Below are positions 21,164-31,714 of a stretch of DNA of 64,000 bases, piece after piece. The translations under genes were made by a program, and so were the position numbers. Below the pieces are notes generated by a model. The model searched no databases and had not been told where the DNA came from. It saw only the letters and a list, made by a program, of their open reading frames with translations. Source of the DNA: a bacterium (lineage in GTDB: Bacteria > Hinthialibacterota > Hinthialibacteria > Hinthialibacterales > Hinthialibacteraceae); the NCBI GenBank assembly GCA_963662285.2, contig CAXXMV010000008.1, positions 864,001 through 928,000 on the forward strand, written 5' to 3'. Numbering within the stretch: position 1 is the first letter of the stretch; each line of letters begins with the position of its first letter.

Positions 21164-21964
21164 ATGACCATGAAAACTCAAAACCGCCGCTCTTTTCTTC
21201 AAATAGTTGGTTCTGGTATGCTTTGTTCGTCCATGCTGTCAAGCAGCCAATTATGCTCCGCTGAAGCAAGCGAATTCCCCGCCCTGCTTGCCGGATTCAG
21301 CTGGATTGAACACGCCGCATTTCGCATTGAAGTTAACGGCAAAGTGATTTACTTTGATCCATACAAAATCACTGCCAGCAAAGCAGAGGCGGACTTTATT
21401 TTCATCTCCCACGAACATGGCGACCATTGCAGCCTTACCGATGTCCGCAAAATTATTAAGGATTCATCCAAAATAATCACTGAACCGGATTCGGCCAAAA
21501 AACTGAACACCTACGCCTCTCAAACCACAACCATGGCGCCCGGCGATAAACTGGAACTGGATGGATTCAAAATAGAAGCCGTCCGTTCTTATAACATTAA
21601 TAAAACCAATCACCCGAAATCAAAGAATTGGCTTGGTTTCATTGTCACATTGCCCGATGGCCGAACCGTCTACCATGCAGGCGATACGGACGTCATTCCC
21701 GAAATGAAAACCATCAAGACCGATATAGCCATGCTGCCCTGCGGTGGAAAGTACACCATGAATGCAGACGAAGCCGCTCAAGCCGCGCGGGATATCGCCC
21801 CGAAAATTGTTATCCCCATGCATTATGGAACTGTTGTTGGTACTAAAGCAGACGCTGATAAACTTGCCGCATCTCTCAAAAACGAGATTGAAGTGTTTGT
21901 CTTCGAAAAAGGGCAAAGCATTCCGCCTTTGAAAGTTGGGGCGAATAATTGGGAGAAGTTGTGA
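21164..21964 (+). CDS. Tat-exported MBL-fold metallo-hydrolase
   Basis: RRSFLQ, HEHGDH, YHAGDT, IPMHYG. Confidence 0.9.
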   Translation: MTMKTQNRRSFLQIVGSGMLCSSMLSSSQLCSAEASEFPALLAGFSWIEHAAFRIEVNGKVIYFDPYKITASKAEADFIFISHEHGDHCSLTDVRKIIKDSSKIITEPDSAKKLNTYASQTTTMAPGDKLELDGFKIEAVRSYNINKTNHPKSKNWLGFIVTLPDGRTVYHAGDTDVIPEMKTIKTDIAMLPCGGKYTMNADEAAQAARDIAPKIVIPMHYGTVVGTKADADKLAASLKNEIEVFVFEKGQSIPPLKVGANNWEKL

Positions 21965-22013
21965 GGGGGTTGGGGATAAGAAGTTTTGGTTTGATTGGAC
22001 GGTTTACGCCTTA

Positions 22014-22420
22014 TCCGATGGGACACGCTGGCGCTTTGTCTCATCCTACGCGTTACGAAAATCGGGCAACCACAAGGGATTGCCCCTACGGCTGGGCGCC
22101 AAGGGCAAGACCGCAATGCGGTCAGCCCTTGATGCGATAACCTACGATTCCACCAAGTTCCCCTGTCCCCAGAGCCGGGTGCCAAAGGCAGTGTTCTTTC
22201 TGCCCTTGATTAAGTCCACCATTACACCAAAACGACTCAATTGGTTCAAAAAAATCCCCCTAATTAACACAAAATCCTTGAAGTATCTCGACGCACCTGA
22301 TATTCCGGGCTCCCACGAGAGCAATGTCATTAAGATAAGGAATTTCACCTTATCGTTGGTGGTTTGATCAAGGGCTGACCGCAATGCGGTCTTGCCCTTG
22401 GCACCCGCTTTGTCCCATCC
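22014..22420. repeat. Composite REP cluster (E, B, inverted A, IS4-type end plus A)
   Basis: 22014-22093 nearly identical to 23681-23773; caatgtcattaagataagg at 22322. Confidence 0.8.
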
Positions 22421-22429
22421 TTCCTTTGG

Positions 22430-23518
22430 CTATTGCCCCCGGTAATCCAGGATGGCGCTTTCATTGAAGACGGCGTGCATTACTACGGTGCGGTCGTCGG
22501 TGGTGTAGACGATGTGGATTTTTCCGTCGCGCGATTGTATGGCGTAGGGATAGGCGAAGGTGTTGTCGCCGTCGCGAATGTTGCGTTTATACGGGTAGGT
22601 CTTGTCGTTGTCAGTTGAAATGGCCACGGTTAATGGCGTTCTTTCGTTCATGTTGTCGTTGTAGACCAGCAGAAGATGGCCGTTTTGCAGTTTGATGAAG
22701 CCTACGGCGGAGTTGGGGTTCTTGAACCGGGTGGGTTGGGCTTCGCTCCAGGTCCATCCACCGTCGTGCGATTCGGATCGCCATAAATAGCCATTATCGG
22801 TCGGTTCGAAATCTCCAGCCCGGCGTATGTAGCAGATCAGGTGATCGTCGGTGAGTTGGACAGGCTCGGCTTGAAGGTTGCCGATTGATGACTTGATGCG
22901 TCCCGTCTCTTTCCAGGTTTTATCCTTCGGGTTGTATCGCATAAAATACGAGCAGGTATCGGGGGCGCTGAATTCGGTATCGTGACCCGTTTCGTAATAG
23001 AGCGGCAGAAGGTATTCCCCGTTGTTGAGCACGATGGGCGCTCCCCGCGCCATGGTTCCTTCATCCATAGTTAGCATGAAAGAATCAGACCAGGTCCGGG
23101 CGCCATCCCGCGACACTTTTCCCTTGACGCGCGCGGTCGACCATGTATCGCCGTAGCGGTTGACGTAGAACAACCAAACCAGCCCATCCGGCGCCTGCCA
23201 TATCACGGGGTTGCCCTCGGAACGATCCGGGGTATCGGCAATGATCCGGGGCGCAGACCATCTCCTGGCGCCCTTTTTGAGACGGCAGGCGTATACGGCT
23301 GTATCAATGCCATACTCACCGGAGCCGCCGTAGTAAGCGATCATGAAATCACCGTTGTCGAGTTCGGTGATCGATGCTGGATGTTTGTAGGCGGCTTCGT
23401 ATTCCGGACCGGCTACCCGCGTGATCTGGATATCGCCGGATTGATCTTGTTGCAGGCTGGTCAACGCACAGCCGCTCAAACACATGACGCACAGTATGGC
23501 GATGCCGTAGATTCTCAT
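22430..23518 (-). CDS. Sialidase-family (BNR/Asp-box) lipoprotein
   Basis: LSGC lipobox, HPASI, SRDGARTW, SHDGGWTW, STDNDKTY Asp boxes, AYP. Confidence 0.85.
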   Translation of the reverse strand: MRIYGIAILCVMCLSGCALTSLQQDQSGDIQITRVAGPEYEAAYKHPASITELDNGDFMIAYYGGSGEYGIDTAVYACRLKKGARRWSAPRIIADTPDRSEGNPVIWQAPDGLVWLFYVNRYGDTWSTARVKGKVSRDGARTWSDSFMLTMDEGTMARGAPIVLNNGEYLLPLYYETGHDTEFSAPDTCSYFMRYNPKDKTWKETGRIKSSIGNLQAEPVQLTDDHLICYIRRAGDFEPTDNGYLWRSESHDGGWTWSEAQPTRFKNPNSAVGFIKLQNGHLLLVYNDNMNERTPLTVAISTDNDKTYPYKRNIRDGDNTFAYPYAIQSRDGKIHIVYTTDDRTVVMHAVFNESAILDYRGQ

Positions 23519-23877
23519 AAGTAGACTCCCAGGGCGTCTATTGTTGTTCCAATATTGGAACTGGATTATTTGGTTATTATAAATTATTTAGAAGGGCAAA
23601 GGCAAGGCGAAGCCTTAAGTTATAGTTTCAAGGATTGGATGCATTGCGGTCTTGCCCTTGGCGCCCGCAAATTGAACTCTTCCGATGGGACACGCTGGCG
23701 CTTTGTCTCATCCTACGCGCCATATTTCCATTTTACGAAAATCGGGCAACCACAAGGGATTGCCCCTACGGCTATACAAATAAATACGGTGGACACAATC
23801 AAGGGCAGAAAATACACTGCCCTTGGCGCCCGCGGGAATATTTCGCCCGGATAATCCGTTCGGAATCGGATTTATTC

Positions 23878-24003
23878 GAACCAATCCGGTCAGGAAGGGA
23901 TTGGCGCACCGGCTAGAAGCCGATGCTCCCCTTTTTAATGCTCCCCTTTTTAATGTTTCCCTTTTTGATGTTTTCCTTTTTGATGTTTTCCTTTTTGATG
24001 CTC
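23878..24003. repeat. GGAG-type REP followed by a 15-bp tandem repeat (about 5 copies)
   Basis: caccggctagaagccgatgctcc, also near 55197; gatgctcccctttttaatg.. iterated. Confidence 0.8.
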
Positions 24004-24074
24004 TCTGGATATCTATAAGGATTACAGCTATGCCTTGCGCTGTTTATAATACGGCAAAGGAAAAAAGTAAAGTT

Positions 24075-24707
24075 ATGAGAATTATTGCCGGTAAGTATAA
24101 AAACAAGAAAATCGAATCACCTGAAGGAATAAAGACGCGTCCAATTCTGGTTCGGGTGCGTAAGTCGTTGTTTGATATTATTCAACCCTATATGGAGAAC
24201 GCCAGGCTGCTTGATCTATTCTCCGGCAGCGGGATTATGGCGCTGGAAGCGTTCAGCCGGGGCGCGGCATTTGTTATGAGCGTCGATTCTGACGCCCATG
24301 CGGCCAAGACCGCAGAGACCAATCATAAGAACGTTTGCCCTGATAAACCATACCGCCTGATACGCGGGGATGTGATACAAATGCTGCCGCGCCTGCCCTT
24401 TCAGGAAGAGCCTTTCGATATTATCGGCATCACTCCGCCTTATGGTCATGACCTCGCCAATCAGACGCTCCAAATTCTGGATCAGAATCCAAACTGGTTT
24501 AAGCCGGAAACGGTGATTTACGTCCAGAGTGGATATAAGGAAGATATTAAATTGGAGTGGCAAAACCTGGAACATGTCCGAACGCGGAAATATGGCAAGA
24601 CGGTTATGGATTTCTTCATGCCCTTTGAAAAAGAGGAATCAGCGCAAGATGCATCGGAAGAGCCTACTCCGGCGAATTCTTTAGAAACTCCAACACCTGA
24701 CGCATAG
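24075..24707 (+). CDS. rsmD: 16S rRNA m2G966 methyltransferase RsmD
   Basis: MRIIAGKYK, TRP, LDLFSGSG, EAFSRGA, PPY, RKYG; true start 24075. Confidence 0.88.
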   Translation: MRIIAGKYKNKKIESPEGIKTRPILVRVRKSLFDIIQPYMENARLLDLFSGSGIMALEAFSRGAAFVMSVDSDAHAAKTAETNHKNVCPDKPYRLIRGDVIQMLPRLPFQEEPFDIIGITPPYGHDLANQTLQILDQNPNWFKPETVIYVQSGYKEDIKLEWQNLEHVRTRKYGKTVMDFFMPFEKEESAQDASEEPTPANSLETPTPDA

Positions 24708-25266
24708 CCTTGCCCCGGTGGCTGATGGCGTGTTTATCTTCAGCAGCCACTTGAGCCAGGGTTTTCTGGTAGGGGGGATAATAAAAGACCGGGTCGTACC
24801 CGAATCCTCCGTCGCCATGCTTTTCCAGAGTAATAATCCCCTCGACGGTTTGGCGGGTGGTGAACAAGACCTTACCGTCCCGCGCCAGTGCGGCGGCGCA
24901 GACGAAACGCGCCGTGCGCTTCTCATCGGGCACGCCGATTAACTCTTGCAGAACCTTTTGCAGATTCTCTTCGTCGGTTGAATCCTCGCCGTTGGCGTAG
25001 CGCGCTGAATAGACTCCCGGAGCGCCATTGAGCGCGTCCACTTCAAGACCGGAATCGTCGGCTATGGTTAAATGACCGGTATATTGTGAAACTTCGATAG
25101 CCTTTTTCTGCGAGTTTCCTAAAAAGGTCTCAGCGTCTTCGATCACCTCAGGGCAGTCAGGAAACTCACGCAGGGTTAGAATCCGCCATCCCAGGTTCTC
25201 AACCAGCTGTTGCATTTCCTTCTGCTTCTTCAAATTCCGCGTCGCCAGGACAATAGAGTTTTTCAT
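24664..25266 (-). CDS. rdgB: XTP/dITP diphosphatase (Ham1 family)
   Basis: LATRN..K, ADDSGLEVDAL.GAPGVYSARYA, GFGYDPVF, SHRG; ORF-track N-terminal extension comes from repeats. Confidence 0.95.
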   Translation of the reverse strand: MKNSIVLATRNLKKQKEMQQLVENLGWRILTLREFPDCPEVIEDAETFLGNSQKKAIEVSQYTGHLTIADDSGLEVDALNGAPGVYSARYANGEDSTDEENLQKVLQELIGVPDEKRTARFVCAAALARDGKVLFTTRQTVEGIITLEKHGDGGFGYDPVFYYPPYQKTLAQVAAEDKHAISHRGKAMRQVLEFLKNSPE

Positions 25267-25330
25267 GTTTAAGATAACTTTTCCGAATGTCATTATGTTA
25301 AGGAAGTTCTGCCTATCTTTAGCGGCTTTA

Positions 25331-25864
25331 TCAAGGGTAGAAAGGACACTACCCTTGGCGCCCGCGCGCTCTTGCCCTTGGCGTTCGAGCATCCGCGCCT
25401 GTTTAATCATAAGTGGTTTTCAAGGGTAGAAAGAACACTACCCTTGGCGCCCGCGCGCTCTTGCCCTTGGCGTTCGAGCATCCGCGCCTGTTTAATCGTA
25501 GGTGGTTTTCAAGGGTAGAAAGGACACTACCCTTGGCACCCGCGCGCTCTTGCCCTTGGCGTTCGAGCATCCGCGCCTGTTTAATCATAAGTGGTTTTCA
25601 AGGGTAGAAAGGACACTACCCTTGGCACCCGCGCGCTCTTGCCCTTGGCGTTCGAGCATCTGCGCCTGTTTAATCATAAGTGGTTTTCAAGGGTAGAAAG
25701 GACACTACCCTTGGCACCCGCGCGCTCTTGCCCTTGGCGTTCGAGCATCCGCGCCTGTTTAATCGTAGGTGGTTTTCAAGGGTAGAAAGGACACTACCCT
25801 TGGCACCCGCGCGCTCTTGCCCTTGGCGTTCGAGCATCCGCGCCTGTTTAATCATAAGTGGTTT
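25331..25864. repeat. Tandem array of 6 x 89 bp
   Basis: tcaagggtagaaag.. recurs at 25331, 25420, 25509, 25598, 25687, 25776 and 25865 with few SNPs. Confidence 0.97.
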
Positions 25865-26340
25865 TCAAGGGTAGAAAGGACACTACCCTTGGCACCCGCT
25901 CTTGGCGCCCGCGTTCCGCGCCCTTGGCGCCCGCCGGGCTTATCGGGCGCCTATAAAAGGCAATGTCATTAACTTAAGAATTTCAGCCTATCGTTAGTGG
26001 CTTGATCAAGGGCTGAGCGCCGCGTGGTCTTGTCCTTGGCGCCCGCGCCTGTTTAATCGTAGGTGGTTTTCAAGGGTAGAAAGGACACTACCCTTGGCGC
26101 CCGCTCTTGGCGCCCGCGTTCCGCGCCCTTGGCGCCCGCCGGGCTTATCGGGCGCCTATAAAAGGCAATGTCATTACGTTAAGAATTTCAGCCTATCGTT
26201 AGTGGCTTGATCAAGGGCTGAGCGCATTGCGCTCTTGCCCTTGGCGCCCGCACCCGCCCTTGGCGTTCGCTGATTATTTCCATGATAGGGTGGTTGTTAT
26301 CAACCCTCTCCTAGCCTCTCCCAATCTTGGGAGAGGGATT
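25865..26340. repeat. Two units with 205-bp period (A variants plus IS4-type end), then a D hairpin
   Basis: Units start at 25865 and 26070. Confidence 0.9.
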
Positions 26341-26390
26341 TGTATACACAGTTTTTTTGTATGACAAAAACGAAATAATATAACTAGTTA

Positions 26391-27011
26391 TTATGCAAAA
26401 GGCGCCCGGTTGCGGTTGCGTGAGCGGGGCGGCTGTAGGATTTCTGATAAGATAACCGCTGCTTTCAGAGGTTCCGTCTCGGCGCTTTTAACGATAGCAG
26501 ATATCGTCGAAGGTAATGACCGTTTCTGCTCAACCGGCTGCGACATAATTTTTGGTATACGTTTTTTTAGGTTTTTTGGAATTTCGGGCGGCTTTTTATC
26601 TTTCATCTTTTTAGGTTTAGGCGCTTTGGGTAGATCAATGATTTCCGGTTCAACTTCATTGATATCCAACATCTCACGCAGCATCCTGCTCCACATTGGT
26701 TCATCAGGTTTGGATTCAGGTTTTGGCGCCGATGGCGTATAGACGTCTTTCCGCATGGTGAAAGGAGCTTCTTTTTTAGGTTGTGATCTTGCCTCTGATT
26801 TGTCTTCATAAGCGTATTCACGCTTTTTTTCATATTCAAAAACCGGAGTTACTGGAGGATCATTATATGCAGGTTTTGAGGGCGCCGCAGGATTATAAGG
26901 CTCTTTTTTCTTCTGATTATTTTTATTTTCCCTCATTTTCTTCGACAGACCCTGCATGCCGGTCAACACCAGAAAAACCACCACTGCGAGGATTTCAAAT
27001 AAATTGTCCAT
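26391..27011 (-). CDS. Hypothetical membrane-anchored protein with Pro/Lys-rich linker
   Basis: N-terminal TM; C-terminal LKAAVILSEILQPPRS resembles proteins found beside floA. Confidence 0.65.
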   Translation of the reverse strand: MDNLFEILAVVVFLVLTGMQGLSKKMRENKNNQKKKEPYNPAAPSKPAYNDPPVTPVFEYEKKREYAYEDKSEARSQPKKEAPFTMRKDVYTPSAPKPESKPDEPMWSRMLREMLDINEVEPEIIDLPKAPKPKKMKDKKPPEIPKNLKKRIPKIMSQPVEQKRSLPSTISAIVKSAETEPLKAAVILSEILQPPRSRNRNRAPFA

Positions 27012-27310
27012 TGGATCTATTACTCCCCACCCTTTTTTTATGTTATGAGCTGGCAAAAAGTGAATGCATGACCAAACTTACTCAATATCCTGCATGAATC
27101 ACCCTTGAATATTGACAAATTATTGTAACTATAAAAACAGTTTTTGAATTATAACCGTTTCGTCTTTATATAATAGCACAATTCTAATTAGACGTCGCCT
27201 ATCTGTAAATATTCAAGCATATACTTTCCGTCATCTTGACCATCTATATATATCTCATACGATTGATCATATCTCTGAGTCACGTATTAAACATGAAAGG
27301 CTGATGTCGA

Positions 27311-28045
27311 TTGAGCGATCTATCTTTTCCCAGAAGTCTTGCCATCATTCCGGCGCGGGGCGGTTCTAAAGGTCTACCCCGTAAGAACGTACGTCCCCTG
27401 GGCGACATTCCGCTTATCGCTCATACCATTCGCGCTGCGGTACAGAGCTGCATCAAGCGGGTAATCGTCACGACTGATGATGACGAAATATCGGCTATCG
27501 CGCGGCAGTATGGCGCGGAGGTTCCCTTCAAGCGGCCTCCGCAATTTTCCGGCGATAAGGCCACCTCGTTATCCGTCTTGATCCATGCGGTGGAGCACAT
27601 GGAAGATGTCGAAGATATTACTGTCGAGCATGTGGTATATCTTCAGCCGACATCGCCTTTCCGTAATGCTCAGCATATTGATGACGCCGTAAAACGCTAC
27701 ATGGCGACTGGCACAACGTCATTGATTTCCGTTACCGACGTCAGCGAGTTTCATCCCTATTTCATGTTCACCAAGGATGACGAAGGGGTATTGGAACCGT
27801 TGCATAAGATTGATCCACGCCCTTTGCGGCGCCAGGACCTGCCGCCCATCTACCGCATTAACGGCGCCATTTATATCACCAAGCGGGATTATTTCCGCAA
27901 TATAGCGCCGGAAGCCGCCATATTCGATTGGAATTCGCTTGCTTCGCTGGTTATGGATACGCCCAGTTCGATAGATATCAATGATTACCTGGATTTCAAA
28001 CAGGCCGAATGGTTAATAGAACATCACGAGGGAGCGCAAAAATGA
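27311..28045 (+). CDS. neuA: Acylneuraminate cytidylyltransferase
   Basis: IIPARGGSKGLPRKN, LQPTSPFR, RRQDL, INGAIY, SIDIN. Confidence 0.92.
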   Translation: MSDLSFPRSLAIIPARGGSKGLPRKNVRPLGDIPLIAHTIRAAVQSCIKRVIVTTDDDEISAIARQYGAEVPFKRPPQFSGDKATSLSVLIHAVEHMEDVEDITVEHVVYLQPTSPFRNAQHIDDAVKRYMATGTTSLISVTDVSEFHPYFMFTKDDEGVLEPLHKIDPRPLRRQDLPPIYRINGAIYITKRDYFRNIAPEAAIFDWNSLASLVMDTPSSIDINDYLDFKQAEWLIEHHEGAQK

Positions 28046-29190
28046 AACGTATAGCCGTCATCACTGGAACCAGAGCTGAATATGGCATCCTCAAGCCGGT
28101 TATCGATAAGATAGATTTTGATCCGACCATGCAGTTGCAACTGGTGGTCACCGGATCGCATCTCTCGCCGGAGCATGGCTTGACGGTGAATGATATCATC
28201 AACGATGGAATTGTCATTGCATCGCGGGTCGATATGCTGCTAAGCGGCGACTCGGCGCCGGTTATGGGCAAAAGCCTGGGCATCGGCGTAACCGGATTGA
28301 CCACCGAACTGGAACGTCTGGCGCCGGAAATGGTCATTGTGCTGGGCGACCGCATCGAGGCTTTCGCCGGGGCTATCGCCGGGCTTTTCTGCGGCGCGTT
28401 GGTAGTGCATATCCACGGGGGCGAACTGACCCAGGGCGGCCTGGATGAATACATGCGGCACGCCATCACCAAACTGGCGCACCTTCATTTCACCGCCACC
28501 GAACAAGCCAAAAACCGCGTTATAAATCTGGGCGAGCATCCCGGTTTCGTCTTTTGCTCCGGATCGCCGGGATTGGATGACCTGCTGGATTTCCCTGCTC
28601 TTTCTGCTGAGGAAATGGAAGAGAAACTGGGTTTTTCTGTGGCTGAACCTTATGCGCTGGTGGTGCAGCATCCCGTATCCACTCACGCCGGTTCGGCGGC
28701 TGATGAGATGAGCCAGGTTCTTGAAGCGGTCAAGCAATGCGGCATCCCCGCCGTGCTGGCTTATCCCAACGCCGACGCCGGGCGCAACGCCATGATGGAT
28801 GTGATCCGAAGCTATGAATCCGAAGATTGGCTCAATACCTACATTAACCTGCCGCGCAAATACTACTGCAACCTGCTGCGCAACGCGGCTGTTATGGTGG
28901 GCAACAGCAGTTCCGGTCTGATCGACGCCGGGTCATTCGGCGTCCCGGTAGTTAATATCGGCCAGCGCCAGTTGGGACGCGAACGCGGCGCCAACGTGAT
29001 CGACGCGCCTATGGTTGAAGCTGCATCAATTCAAAAAATCATTCAGCAAGCCCTGTCAGATGAATTCAAAGAGACCGCCCGAAACGCCGTTAATCCCTAC
29101 GGCGATGGAGATGCATCAGGCAAGATTCATTGCATCCTGCAAACCATCGATGCAGACCTTGCGCGTAAATCTAAACGATTGCCTTGGTGA
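28042..29190 (+). CDS. neuC: UDP-N-acetylglucosamine 2-epimerase (hydrolysing)
   Basis: TGTRAEYG, LGDRIE, HIHGGE, GNSSSG, GQRQ.GR, YGDG; ATGA overlap with neuA. Confidence 0.93.
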   Translation: MKRIAVITGTRAEYGILKPVIDKIDFDPTMQLQLVVTGSHLSPEHGLTVNDIINDGIVIASRVDMLLSGDSAPVMGKSLGIGVTGLTTELERLAPEMVIVLGDRIEAFAGAIAGLFCGALVVHIHGGELTQGGLDEYMRHAITKLAHLHFTATEQAKNRVINLGEHPGFVFCSGSPGLDDLLDFPALSAEEMEEKLGFSVAEPYALVVQHPVSTHAGSAADEMSQVLEAVKQCGIPAVLAYPNADAGRNAMMDVIRSYESEDWLNTYINLPRKYYCNLLRNAAVMVGNSSSGLIDAGSFGVPVVNIGQRQLGRERGANVIDAPMVEAASIQKIIQQALSDEFKETARNAVNPYGDGDASGKIHCILQTIDADLARKSKRLPW

Positions 29191-29462
29191 AGCAAAACTC
29201 ACGCAATTAAGTGGGTGGCAAGGGCAAGACCGCCTTGCGGTCAGCCCTTGATGCTATCACTTATGTTTATGTATACACATCAAGACACTCATACGATTAT
29301 AGTTCTTTTATAGTTATGATGATAAAATTCATTATTTATTGAAAATAGATTACCGAACTATATATCAAACAATTGCCGTGTTACATTAATTATTAGGCAA
29401 TGTGTGTCGTATGATTTTAGAACTATTTGAGTAATAACGAATAATTTGTATAGGGGGAATAA

Positions 29463-30734
29463 ATGAACTATTCAAAAATGAGTTTTATAAAGAATCGCGA
29501 TCTTTTAAAGGAAGATTGTAAAGTTGATGATTTATTGGATTTCTCTGAATATAAAGATAAATTGAATAGTAAATTGGAATCCATTAAGACATCTTCATTG
29601 CTAGGGTATGTCGGTGGTTTTGGAAAAGGTAAAAGCACTCTGATCTATCAAATAAAAAAGGAAAATGACAAACAGGCTAAATGGATAGATTTTGATGCTT
29701 GGAAATTTCCTGATAGAAAAGATTTATGGGAAGGATTTGTTTTGGAATTCGCCTCTCAAATTAACGATAAAAAGTTAAAAGAGACTGTTAGAAAAATTGA
29801 CGGAAAAAAAAATGATGATAAAGAAACTCTAATAAGTACGCTTGCGAGTATTCCAGGTCTTGCTTCTTTAAATAATTTAAACCACTTTTTAGACAAATCT
29901 CCTGCCAAAAGAGTATTTGAGATTCAAGCAATATTGACAGGGATTATTAATGAAATTGATCAAGACATATTTATTGTAGTGGAAGATATTGATAGATCGG
30001 GTGATGCCGGGATTTTCTTTTTAGAAACACTGAATCAATTTATCAAGAATTTGGATAGTGAAAAACGTGTTGTTGCGATTATACCAATATCTGATAAAAA
30101 ATTTGAATATAAAATTGATTCATATTTGAAATGTCTTGATTATATTGATTTTTTTGATCCTAAAGTTCCTAGTCTATATAAATTTGTTGAAGAAATATTT
30201 GATGACGGAGATCAATTTATTGGTAATGAGACATATAAATCTCAGATATCTTCTTTCTTTAATGGTCTATTTCGTGTATATCCAGACACGACAATGAGAC
30301 TTATAAAACTAATTCTGCGCAAATCAGAGATGAATTATATAAATATGCAAAATGATGGATATGAACCGGATTGGAGAACAACAATCGCATTTGAGACGTC
30401 AAAATATTTTAACAGAACAGATAGAGAAGATGCTTTAAATGAAAAGTGGTTTTACGATTTTAAAGAAAATAAGATTATTCGTAGTGGATCACTATTTACT
30501 GCATTTTTTGATATTTTAGAATGTGATAGTCATGGTTTTGAATATGAAGATATTGGAGATGATATTCATAAACAAGGTGAAATTGTGTTCCCGAAAAATG
30601 ATATTAGAATAGTACCAAATAAAGAATGTGGAGATAGCCCTAATTATCCGTATAGGGTAAGAAAGTATCGAACAAGTGAATCTGATTCAGAATATTCATT
30701 AATTGTGGTTCGTGACTATTATTTAGGTTATTAA
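29463..30734 (+). CDS. KAP-family P-loop NTPase in an AT-rich segment
   Basis: GGFGKGKS Walker A, FDAWKF, VVEDIDR Walker B, YLKC. Confidence 0.82.
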   Translation: MNYSKMSFIKNRDLLKEDCKVDDLLDFSEYKDKLNSKLESIKTSSLLGYVGGFGKGKSTLIYQIKKENDKQAKWIDFDAWKFPDRKDLWEGFVLEFASQINDKKLKETVRKIDGKKNDDKETLISTLASIPGLASLNNLNHFLDKSPAKRVFEIQAILTGIINEIDQDIFIVVEDIDRSGDAGIFFLETLNQFIKNLDSEKRVVAIIPISDKKFEYKIDSYLKCLDYIDFFDPKVPSLYKFVEEIFDDGDQFIGNETYKSQISSFFNGLFRVYPDTTMRLIKLILRKSEMNYINMQNDGYEPDWRTTIAFETSKYFNRTDREDALNEKWFYDFKENKIIRSGSLFTAFFDILECDSHGFEYEDIGDDIHKQGEIVFPKNDIRIVPNKECGDSPNYPYRVRKYRTSESDSEYSLIVVRDYYLGY

Positions 30735-30850
30735 AAAGATTTAAACTTGCATTTATTGTATTTATGAATAAATGATGGATCAAACTACGTACGAGCACCT
30801 AAGCCAGTTTTATGACACACCGGATCAAGTTAAAACTCCCTAAAATAAAA

Positions 30851-31297
30851 CTATTTCGTATTAACCGTCTCAGAGTCTTCGACTGGGGTTTCTATCCATT
30901 GGCGGGGTTCCTGGAGTAGTTGTTGGGGGATGTCGGCGTCATCCGAGAGTCCCATGGATGACAGGGTGAAGATGGATTTGAGCAGTTCCTGTTCATTGCG
31001 TTGATCGATGGCTTTTTTGGCTCTTTCAATCTGGTCGCGTACTATCAGCCTACGGTTGGAATTTTTGCTTTCATGACCGATTTTCGTGACGTAGCGGCTT
31101 TCCAGTTGGACGATGAAGCGGTTCATATCTTTCCAGGATAATGAAACGCGTTTACGCCGTCCCAACGAACCTACGGAGCGGTCGAAATAATATAGTAGTG
31201 AGAAAAAAATAGCCAAGACCACCAATGGCCATAGCAGGTGCGATAGGATCACTCCATAAGCCTTGGTAAACTCAACAAGAAATTCCGGCGTACCCAT
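30851..31297 (-). CDS. Hypothetical membrane protein
   Basis: LLWPLVVL TM helix followed by a helical domain. Confidence 0.6.
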   Translation of the reverse strand: MGTPEFLVEFTKAYGVILSHLLWPLVVLAIFFSLLYYFDRSVGSLGRRKRVSLSWKDMNRFIVQLESRYVTKIGHESKNSNRRLIVRDQIERAKKAIDQRNEQELLKSIFTLSSMGLSDDADIPQQLLQEPRQWIETPVEDSETVNTK

Positions 31298-31580
31298 CAG
31301 AGAATAATACCTGCTATCAAAGAAGATTATGATGAATCAATGTTCCGAGTCGCATCTTTAGTTTAAGTCTGTCAATTATAACATCTTATCAACAACAAGA
31401 GTAACGGTGATGTTATAATCCGTAAAGATGAATTACCGTTTATCTTACATATACTATTATTTCTAATTGATTATTTCAGTGTAACAGTTTATTCACATGA
31501 AATATCAATATAATAATTATGCTTTATACAAAGCATTTATTTCCAAATTCTCCCCCCCAAGTTTGGGGGAAGTTAGATGC

Positions 31581-31714
31581 CAATGTCATTAAGTTAAGGA
31601 ATTTCACCCTATCGTTAGTGGCTTGATCAAGGGCTGGACACAATGCGGTCTTGCCCTTGGCGCCCATACTCTCCCGGCGGGAGAGGGGACAACTTGGCTA
31701 ACTTAATGACATTG
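31581..31714. mobile_element. 134-bp MITE with IS4-like terminal inverted repeats
   Basis: caatgtcattaagtta ... taacttaatgacattg; flanks agttagatgc / agttagaggg look like an imperfect target duplication inside a hairpin repeat. Confidence 0.75.

Noticed and set aside
23823-24074. Long N-terminal extension of RsmD
   Set aside because: Derived from REP and 15-bp repeats; canonical MRII start is at 24075
25331-25864. CRISPR array
   Set aside because: Units are near-identical over the whole 89 bp, there are no unique spacers and no cas genes
25267-25972. Short repeated ORFs (MIKQARMLER.., MVFKGRK..) and the rdgB N-terminal extension
   Set aside because: Translations of the tandem repeat; 89 is not a multiple of 3
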